Shown here: positions 55,697 to 62,543 of the stretch, in pieces
Position numbering within the stretch: the stretch's first letter is position 1
Layout: every line of letters begins with the position of its first letter
Origin: Actinomycetota bacterium
GTDB lineage: Bacteria; Actinomycetota; Actinomycetes; S36-B12; UBA5976
Assembly (NCBI GenBank): GCA_947491175.1
Contig: CANLIF010000001.1
Span: forward strand, 1-62,543
Reading direction: 5' to 3'
Length of the DNA stretch: 62,543 nt
The notes under the pieces: model-generated
Databases searched by the model: none
What the model saw: only the letters and a program-made list of their open reading frames with translations
Told to the model about the DNA's origin: nothing
Translations under genes and position numbers: made by a program

Positions 55697-55755
55697 GGAT
55701 CTATTGTGCCTAATGCCAGAAAGCGAGAGGGGAGGTACGGGCTTACGATAGGAGT

Positions 55756-56721
55756 GTGAGTGAAACTAAGCGAAAAGTCCTATTAGCAAAGCCGCGCGGT
55801 TATTGCGCGGGAGTTGACCGTGCCGTGGTCACTGTGGAAAAAGCTTTGAGTGTCCATGGGGCGCCAATTTATGTCCGTAAGGAAATTGTGCACAACAAGT
55901 ATGTTGTCAAAGAACTTGAAGCCAAAGGCGCAATTTTTGTCAATGAAACGGATGAAGTGCCTGAGGGCTCCACAGTTGTATTCAGCGCTCACGGAGTTTC
56001 ACCTGCAGTGCACGACGAGGCAGCACAGCGAAACTTAAAAACTATTGACGCCACATGCCCATTGGTTACAAAAGTTCACGCAGAGGCGCGACGTTTTGCA
56101 TCTGATGATTACCAAATTCTTTTTATTGGACACGAAGGACATGAAGAAGTTGAAGGCACCATGGGTGAGGCACCGACCAATATGACTTTGGTTGATGGCC
56201 CGGCGCATGTTCAGGAAATCGAAATCGACACAACCAGACCTGTTGCTTGGCTTTCGCAAACTACACTTTCGGTTGACGAAACTTTAGAAACCGTTGACTT
56301 GCTGCGGGCAAAGTTTCCAAACCTGATTGATCCACCGAGTGATGACATTTGCTACGCCACTCAGAATCGTCAAAAAGCTGTGAAAGAAATTTCGAATGCT
56401 TGCGACGTAATGCTTGTGGTTGGCTCGGCAAACTCCTCGAACACAGTTCGCCTGGTCGATGTTGCACTTGAAGCTGGAGCGCGCGCTGCTTATCGGGTCG
56501 ATTTTGCTGCTGAAATTGATGAGACTTGGTTAGACGGAGCACAAACAATTGGTCTGACCAGTGGGGCGTCAGTTCCGGAAATTTTAGTTAACGGTGTTTT
56601 GACATGGTTGGCTGAACGTGGCTACACAGATGTTGAAGAGGTTGAGACGATTGAAGAACACTTAATTTTTGCCTTGCCGCCAGAGTTACGAAGAGGCATT
56701 AAGGCTGCCGGCCGCGCCTAA
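55756..56721 (+). CDS. ispH: 4-hydroxy-3-methylbut-2-enyl diphosphate reductase
   Basis: 321 aa. [24 protein letters not shown] and SSNT motifs. Confidence 0.95.
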   Translation: MSETKRKVLLAKPRGYCAGVDRAVVTVEKALSVHGAPIYVRKEIVHNKYVVKELEAKGAIFVNETDEVPEGSTVVFSAHGVSPAVHDEAAQRNLKTIDATCPLVTKVHAEARRFASDDYQILFIGHEGHEEVEGTMGEAPTNMTLVDGPAHVQEIEIDTTRPVAWLSQTTLSVDETLETVDLLRAKFPNLIDPPSDDICYATQNRQKAVKEISNACDVMLVVGSANSSNTVRLVDVALEAGARAAYRVDFAAEIDETWLDGAQTIGLTSGASVPEILVNGVLTWLAERGYTDVEEVETIEEHLIFALPPELRRGIKAAGRA

Positions 56722-57106
56722 AGATCACAACGCCTGCACTTAATGCAGTCGCGCCCAAGATCCACCAAGCATGCATTGCAAGTCCATACGCAAGATGTAG
56801 AACTTGCTCGCGTAGCAATGAGCCACCGCGCATTGGCGCAAACTGTCCAGTCGTCAAGATTGCAATTACCCAAGCAATCGGCACCACCCAGATTCCAGCT
56901 TGATAGTCCGATGTCCTAACGTTTGCAGCAGCAACCAGAGCGATGATTACCAATCCAAGGTTTGACATGATTCCAATGTCTCCAGTGGTAAAGATGTCTA
57001 TCCCCATCACAACCATCATGGAAATGCTGGTCAGGATTATGACGCCTGGGTATGTCCAACCATTTGGGGTCGAAGCACTTCCCAGTTGCTCAGTAACGTT
57101 TGCCAT
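56699..57106 (-). CDS. hypothetical integral membrane protein
   Basis: 135 aa with 4 hydrophobic segments and no recognisable motif. The 3' end overlaps the ispH 3' end by 23 nt. Confidence 0.55.
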   Translation of the reverse strand: MANVTEQLGSASTPNGWTYPGVIILTSISMMVVMGIDIFTTGDIGIMSNLGLVIIALVAAANVRTSDYQAGIWVVPIAWVIAILTTGQFAPMRGGSLLREQVLHLAYGLAMHAWWILGATALSAGVVIFRRGRQP

Positions 57107-57172
57107 GGCTTAAACGTATCGGGTCAAGGCCGAGTCTTTATGAAGGCGGGAATACGGCTACGCTTATGTGCC

Positions 57173-58246
57173 GTGGCCCTAACAATTGGAATCGTCGGAT
57201 TACCTAACGTCGGAAAGTCGACTTTATTCAATGCGTTGACGAAAAATAACGTCCTTGCTGCAAATTATCCATTTGCCACGATTGAGCCAAATACTGGCGT
57301 TGTAGAAGTTCCCGATGTTCGGCTTCCAGTTCTGGCACAAATCTTTAGCTCAGAAAGAATCTTGCCTGCGACGGTGACATTCGTGGACATTGCCGGAATT
57401 GTTCGCGGGGCAAGCGAAGGCGAAGGCCTGGGCAATAAATTCTTGGCAAACATTCGCGAATCAGAAGCAATTTGCCAAGTCATTAGAGCATTCAAGGATC
57501 CTGATGTGGTCCACGTCGATGGCGCGATTTCGCCTAAAGATGACATCGAAACAATTAATACCGAATTGATTTTGGCCGACATGCAAACTCTCGAGAAAGC
57601 AATGCCGAGATTGCTGAAAGAATCCAGACTTGATAAATCTAAAGCTGAATCTTTAGCAACTGCCGAAAAAGCAGTCGAGATTCTTAACTCCGGAAAAACT
57701 ATTTTTGAATCAGGTTTGGACTACGAGCCAATTAGGGAATTGTTTTTACTTACCGCAAAACCATTTCTATATGTTTTTAACTTAGATGAAGAAGAATTGA
57801 CCGACGAGACTTTGAAAAATGAGTTAAGCGCACTCGTTGCCCCAGTCGAAGCCGTATTCATGAATGCAAAATTAGAAGCGGAGCTTGGCGAACTTCCAGA
57901 AGATGAAGCCTTAGAACTTTTGCAGTCCGTGGGTCAGCAAGAGAGCGGCATTGCAATTTTGTCTCGAGTTGGATTTAAAACTTTGGGTTTGCAAACTTAC
58001 TTAACTGCTGGGCCTAAGGAATCGCGAGCCTGGACTATCCCAGTTGGCGCGACAGCGCCTGAGGCCGCTGGCGTGATTCACACAGATTTCCAGAAGGGCT
58101 TTATCAAAGCTGAGATTGTTGCCTTCGAAGACTTAGTTTCGGCCGGATCTGTTGCTGAGGCAAAGTCAAAAGGCAAAGTCCGCATTGAGGGCAAAGAGTA
58201 TGTGATGGTTGATGGGGATGTCGTTGAATTCAGGTTCAACGTCTAG
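57173..58246 (+). CDS. ychF: redox-regulated ATPase YchF
   Basis: IGIVGLPNVGKSTLFNALT, DIAG, NxxD-type motif and a C-terminal TGS-like domain. Start set at GTG 57173 (about 357 aa, the usual length); the track ORF begins at 57086. Confidence 0.93.
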   Translation: MALTIGIVGLPNVGKSTLFNALTKNNVLAANYPFATIEPNTGVVEVPDVRLPVLAQIFSSERILPATVTFVDIAGIVRGASEGEGLGNKFLANIRESEAICQVIRAFKDPDVVHVDGAISPKDDIETINTELILADMQTLEKAMPRLLKESRLDKSKAESLATAEKAVEILNSGKTIFESGLDYEPIRELFLLTAKPFLYVFNLDEEELTDETLKNELSALVAPVEAVFMNAKLEAELGELPEDEALELLQSVGQQESGIAILSRVGFKTLGLQTYLTAGPKESRAWTIPVGATAPEAAGVIHTDFQKGFIKAEIVAFEDLVSAGSVAEAKSKGKVRIEGKEYVMVDGDVVEFRFNV

Positions 58247-58378
58247 TTGAACCTGAATTCAACGGTAGGAAAAGTTGAATTTCATCAGGAGCCAACTTCT
58301 AGTTGAACCTAAATTCAACCATAAGAAAAGTTGAATTTCACTAGGAGACAACGTCTAGTTAAACCTGAATTCAACGGT
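58223..58378 (+). repeat. three consecutive hairpin repeat units (51 + 56 + about 49 nt) starting in the last six codons of ychF
   Basis: Unit 1 is GTTGAATTCAGGTTCAAC-gtcta-GTTGAACCTGAATTCAAC, a perfect 18-bp stem with stop TAG at the loop/stem junction. Units 2 (58274-58319) and 3 (58330-58375) repeat it with a 5-nt insertion in the 5' arm. Confidence 0.92.
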
Positions 58379-58426
58379 AAATAATGTGGTGCGCTAGATC
58401 AATATTTCTCAACTAGAATAAGGACA

Positions 58427-60298
58427 GTGACCCAATCTGCTGTCCGCAACGACCTTCGAAATGTTGCCATCATTGCCCACGTCGACCATGGAAAAACCAC
58501 GCTTGTAGATGCCATGCTTTGGCAATCTGGTGCTTTCCGCGCAAACCAAGATGTAAATGACCGCGTCATGGATTCGATGGACCTGGAACGTGAAAAAGGA
58601 ATCACTATCCTGGCCAAGAACACAGCCGTGCGATATGTCGGCCCAGCTGCGCAAGCGGGTGGCGTCACACTCAACATTATTGATACCCCTGGACACGCTG
58701 ACTTCGGTGGCGAAGTAGAACGCGGACTCGAAATGGTGGACGGTGTAGTCCTACTTGTTGATGCAAGTGAGGGCCCACTGCCACAGACTCGATTCGTACT
58801 TCGTAAGGCACTTCAAAAGCGACTTCCGGTAATTCTTCTGATTAATAAAGTAGATCGACCAGATGCTCGTATTGCAGAAGTCGTAGACGAAACTTACGAA
58901 CTGTTTTTTGATTTGGATGCCGACGAAGAGCAAATCCAATTCCCAATTGTTTATGCATCTGCAAAAGCTGGGCGGGCATCGTTAACTCGCCCCGTCGATG
59001 GTGGAATGCCGGACGAAGAAGATCTAGAACCATTGTTTGCGACTTTGATTGGAAGCATTCCAGCTCCAACTTATGATCCAGAAGCTCCACTTCAAGCCCA
59101 CGTAACAAACCTTGACTCTTCCCCTTACTTAGGTCGCTTGGCACTTTGTCGCGTTAAAAATGGATACATAAACAAGGGACAACAAGTTGCTTGGATGAAG
59201 TCTGATGGCACAATTGAGCGCGCAAAAGTTGTCGAACTGTTAATGACCGAAGCACTTGATCGAATTCCTGTTGATACTGCCGGCCCTGGTGACATCATTG
59301 CGGTGGCTGGCTTTGAAACCATCACAATCGGTGAAACTTTGGCTGATCCAGAACACCCAGTTGCGCTGCCACTCTTTGTAATTGATGAACCATCAATTTC
59401 CATGACTATCGGAATCAACAGCTCACCCCTTGCCGGCGAAACTGGCAGCAAGGTAACGGCGCGGTTGCTTAAGACTCGCCTGGAAGCTGAGATTGTAGGT
59501 AACGTTTCAATTCGGGTACTTGAGACCGAGCGACCTGATACTTGGGAAGTTCAAGGTCGAGGTGAACTTCAGCTCGCAGTTCTTGTTGAACTGATGCGCC
59601 GGGAAAAGTTTGAAATGACTGTTGGAAAACCACAAGTGGTTACCAAGGAAATTGGTGGCAAAATCCATGAACCAATGGAACGTCTAACAATTGATGTGCC
59701 AGAAGATTATGTCGGCGTTGTTACCCAGCTATTGGGCTTACGAAAAGGCCGCCTAGAACAGATGGTTAATCATGGAACTGGATGGGTCCGCATGGAATAC
59801 ATCGTTCCAGCCCGTGGCCTTATTGGTTTTCGAACTGAATTTCTTACCGAAACTCGTGGCACCGGATTAATGCATCACATCTTTGAAAAGTATGAGCCAT
59901 GGTTTGGTGAATTACGTACTCGTCCATCTGGCTCACTGGTTTCTGATCGGCGTGGCGCGGTCACATCGTATGCCTGCTTTGGTTTACAAGAGCGTGGCAC
60001 GTTGTTTGTTTCTCCAACTACTGAAGTTTACGAAGGCATGATTATTGGTGAGAATGCTCGCTCCGAAGACATGGACGTAAACGTGGTTCGGGAAAAGAAA
60101 CTTACAAACGTTCGATCTGCAACTGGAGATGAACTAGAGCGCCTGATTCCTGCCAAGCAACTAAGCCTTGAGCAGGCCTTGGAATTCTGTCGCGAAGACG
60201 AATGTGTTGAGGTAACTCCAACTGCAGTTCGAATTCGCAAAGTTGCCTTAGCAAAAGTTGATCGCGACCGTAATCGTACGAAAGCGCGCAATAACTAG
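58427..60298 (+). CDS. typA: translational GTPase TypA/BipA
   Basis: 623 aa. [29 protein letters not shown] and EF-G-like domains. Confidence 0.96.
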   Translation: MTQSAVRNDLRNVAIIAHVDHGKTTLVDAMLWQSGAFRANQDVNDRVMDSMDLEREKGITILAKNTAVRYVGPAAQAGGVTLNIIDTPGHADFGGEVERGLEMVDGVVLLVDASEGPLPQTRFVLRKALQKRLPVILLINKVDRPDARIAEVVDETYELFFDLDADEEQIQFPIVYASAKAGRASLTRPVDGGMPDEEDLEPLFATLIGSIPAPTYDPEAPLQAHVTNLDSSPYLGRLALCRVKNGYINKGQQVAWMKSDGTIERAKVVELLMTEALDRIPVDTAGPGDIIAVAGFETITIGETLADPEHPVALPLFVIDEPSISMTIGINSSPLAGETGSKVTARLLKTRLEAEIVGNVSIRVLETERPDTWEVQGRGELQLAVLVELMRREKFEMTVGKPQVVTKEIGGKIHEPMERLTIDVPEDYVGVVTQLLGLRKGRLEQMVNHGTGWVRMEYIVPARGLIGFRTEFLTETRGTGLMHHIFEKYEPWFGELRTRPSGSLVSDRRGAVTSYACFGLQERGTLFVSPTTEVYEGMIIGENARSEDMDVNVVREKKLTNVRSATGDELERLIPAKQLSLEQALEFCREDECVEVTPTAVRIRKVALAKVDRDRNRTKARNN

Positions 60299-60306
60299 GT
60301 CTGGGC

Positions 60307-62085
60307 ATGAAGTTGAACCCGTGGGCTAAATTCGGGACGCTTGCTGTAGTAGTGACAGCAAGTGTCGCTCTTCTGAGTGGCTCAGTCATTGTCAGCAATT
60401 CCCCTGGTGGATTCAATGCCGGTCTGACTAGGACAGTCGGAGATGGTGACACGCCAGGAGGATTACTGCGACTTGGATCATCGGTCCCATGTGATTCGCT
60501 CGATCCAGCGCAAACTTTTGATTCCTGGTGTGCTGTGGTGCACCGGACATTTTCTCGAAACTTAATGTCTTTTGCTGGCAAACCTGGAGATCAAGGCCTC
60601 CTTGTAGTTCCTGACTTGGCATTGGATCTTCCCGTTACTAATTCTGACAAGTCTTCCTGGACTTTTACACTCAGGTCTGATGTGTTCTGGGACGATGGGT
60701 CCGCTGTTACCTCAACTGACGTCAAGTACTCCGTACAACGTCTCTTTGACGACGGTTTGCAAAGCCCAATCTCACTTGACGCATTATGTCTACTTAGCAC
60801 TTGTGATACTGGAACGCCTGATTACAAAGGTCCGTATGTATCCCCAACTGAAGATTTGATTTCGATCGTTACCCCAGATGAACGCACAATTACATTTATC
60901 TTGAATAAATCCTTTTTTGAATTTTCACGCCTGCTTGCTACTGCGCAATTTGCACCTATTCAAATGGCACGCGACGTTTCATTACTTGCGTCGGGATCTA
61001 CATATGCGTCAAACCCGGCATCAAATGGTCCATTCGTTTTAACAATTGACGAAGCGGACTTGCAGTATTCGTTGACTAAAAATGAATACTGGACCCAAAC
61101 TTCAGATGGTGTTCGAATTCCAAAAGTCGATGCCATGTCTTGGAAAGTTTTCCCAGATGCTGACAGTACAGATCAGGCACTGCTAGCTGGCGAAATCGAT
61201 GTGAAGTTGAATTACGGACTTGCTCAAGTTGCCCGTGATGCAGCTTTGGCCGAGAAGTCGCAACGAACACTTATTGACAACCCAGAGATGAGTTTCGTTA
61301 ACTTCCTGGTAGTGAATCCAGCAGTGCCTCCACTTGATAGAACTCCTTGTCGAGATGCAATCTTTTACGCGTTGGATAAGTTGGATCTACAAAATTTGCG
61401 GGGCGGTAGTGCGTCGGCAGCGATAGCTCATTCACTAAGTCCACCAACAATTCTTGGATTCGAGAGTTCCTACAATCCATATCCAAGCGGCAGTGATGAA
61501 AGTGGAAACCTTCGTGAAGCTAGGCAAAGTTTGGCTCAATGCGGTTACCCGGATGGGTTCCAACTCAATATGGCCTATGTTGACATTGGAATTGGAAAAG
61601 ATATTTTCCTCTCAGTGCAAAAGAGCTTGGCCCGCATTGGCATCGTCGTAGACCCAGTTGAGTATGCGAATTTCGCTGAGTACTTCACAACAGGATTAGG
61701 TACACCAGAAAATATGAGCGCGCAAGAAATTGGATTAGCGACCACTGGCTGGGGTCCTGATTTTTCATCTGAGTATTCGTTTTGGGCCCCATTGGTTGAT
61801 GGTCGAAAAATCAAGCCGTCATCCAATCAAAACAGTGCAGAACTCAACTTAGACGAGCTAAACCTTCTTTTGGATTCCCTGGAAACCGCTGAGTCACCTA
61901 CGGAATCAGCCAAAATTAGCCGCGCTATCGAGGTGCTGGTAATGAGCGAGGCAGTTTATTTGCCCTATGCAGTAGATCGCATAGTTTTGTATCGATCTAA
62001 TGAACTAACGGACATTTATGTTCAAATTGCACTCGGTAACCAATATGACCTAGTGAATATCGGAAAACGGGAAAGTCTGCAATAG
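60307..62085 (+). CDS. ABC transporter substrate-binding protein, family 5 (peptide/nickel type)
   Basis: 592 aa with an N-terminal signal/anchor. SBP_bac_5-like layout, followed by an OppC/DppC-type permease gene. Confidence 0.85.
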   Translation: MKLNPWAKFGTLAVVVTASVALLSGSVIVSNSPGGFNAGLTRTVGDGDTPGGLLRLGSSVPCDSLDPAQTFDSWCAVVHRTFSRNLMSFAGKPGDQGLLVVPDLALDLPVTNSDKSSWTFTLRSDVFWDDGSAVTSTDVKYSVQRLFDDGLQSPISLDALCLLSTCDTGTPDYKGPYVSPTEDLISIVTPDERTITFILNKSFFEFSRLLATAQFAPIQMARDVSLLASGSTYASNPASNGPFVLTIDEADLQYSLTKNEYWTQTSDGVRIPKVDAMSWKVFPDADSTDQALLAGEIDVKLNYGLAQVARDAALAEKSQRTLIDNPEMSFVNFLVVNPAVPPLDRTPCRDAIFYALDKLDLQNLRGGSASAAIAHSLSPPTILGFESSYNPYPSGSDESGNLREARQSLAQCGYPDGFQLNMAYVDIGIGKDIFLSVQKSLARIGIVVDPVEYANFAEYFTTGLGTPENMSAQEIGLATTGWGPDFSSEYSFWAPLVDGRKIKPSSNQNSAELNLDELNLLLDSLETAESPTESAKISRAIEVLVMSEAVYLPYAVDRIVLYRSNELTDIYVQIALGNQYDLVNIGKRESLQ

Positions 62086-62208
62086 AAATAACGGGTTTTC
62101 CCCGGTAACAATTGTCACAATCCTTACATTTAGGTGTCGACGCGGTCCGTTTGGCAAATAGAATTCGAAGGTTATTTACGGGTTAATTACCGGAAGGGTA
62201 AATCCAAA

Positions 62209-62543
62209 ATGTCATTGCTAGAAGCAACTGAAACCAACGCCGTAGTTGGTCGCACGCTTCGACAATTGACTTGGGCCAGACTCCGCAACGATCGAGTCGC
62301 AATTGTCAGCATGTTCGTGCTGGCGTTCATAGTTTTTATTGCAATTTTTGGACCGTTGCTCTCAAAGTGGATTGGGGTCAATCCATATGACTTCAATACC
62401 GATTTATTGAGTGATGCGGGAAGTATGCCGCTAGGTGCATTTGGTGGCGTCTCGTTAGATCATCCACTGGGGGTTGAGCCGTTAACAGGTCGTGACATTC
62501 TGGCCCGACTGCTTTACGGATCGCGCATTTCACTTTTTATTGC
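62209..62543 (+). CDS. ABC transporter permease, OppC/DppC type (N-terminal fragment, continues past the window)
   Basis: ATG 62209. MSLLEATETNAVVGRTLRQLTWARLRNDRVAIVSMFVLAFIVFIAIFGPLL...HPLGVEPLTGRDILARLLYGSRISL matches the OppC_N region. The frame is open to the window edge. Confidence 0.8.
   Translation, partial: MSLLEATETNAVVGRTLRQLTWARLRNDRVAIVSMFVLAFIVFIAIFGPLLSKWIGVNPYDFNTDLLSDAGSMPLGAFGGVSLDHPLGVEPLTGRDILARLLYGSRISLFI

Noticed and set aside
60102-60581. 159-aa minus-strand ORF bridging the typA end and the substrate-binding protein start
   Set aside because: It is antisense to two well-supported genes and has no motif.

Overview
A 62.5-kb, densely coding chromosomal core segment (about 50% GC by eye) from an actinobacterium. 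Diagnostic genes are WhiB3/WhiD, MtrA-MtrB-LpqB, a PerM-like membrane protein, AccE and an Sdh1-type succinate dehydrogenase. Gene order parallels known Mycobacterium blocks: groES-groEL1-whiB3...guaB-guaB3, uvrD1/pcrA-M23 peptidase-sucCD-perM-purNH, sdh1, birA<>accD5-accE5-maf-accA3, mtrAB-lpqB, and xseAB-ispH-ychF. The low GC and compact intergenic spacing, including several convergent gene overlaps, suggest a streamlined aquatic lineage; this is inference only. I call about 58 CDS covering chaperonins, purine synthesis, TCA-cycle enzymes, a split B12-dependent acyl-CoA mutase, propionyl-CoA carboxylase, two two-component systems, PhoH2, ExoVII, IspH, YchF, BipA and the start of a peptide ABC transporter. 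I saw no tRNA, rRNA, CRISPR array, transposase or prophage. Four things merit a second look. (1) Three independent loci (after groEL, guaA and ychF) tandemly repeat the last codons, the stop codon and a hairpin 2.2-3 times, and substitutions between copies preserve the hairpins in + sense RNA. (2) A roughly 260-nt ORF-free element closed by a 16-bp GC-rich helix lies directly downstream of comF, the context typical of raiA-motif RNAs, but no hpf/raiA gene follows. (3) The mutase subunit genes are 17 kb apart, one heading sucCD and the other trailing sdhCAB. (4) xseB is convergent with xseA instead of following it. Several candidate operators are also listed: dual CIRCE, a CRP/GlxR-like site and perfect palindromes. 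All functional assignments rest on motif and synteny recognition by eye; no searches were run.
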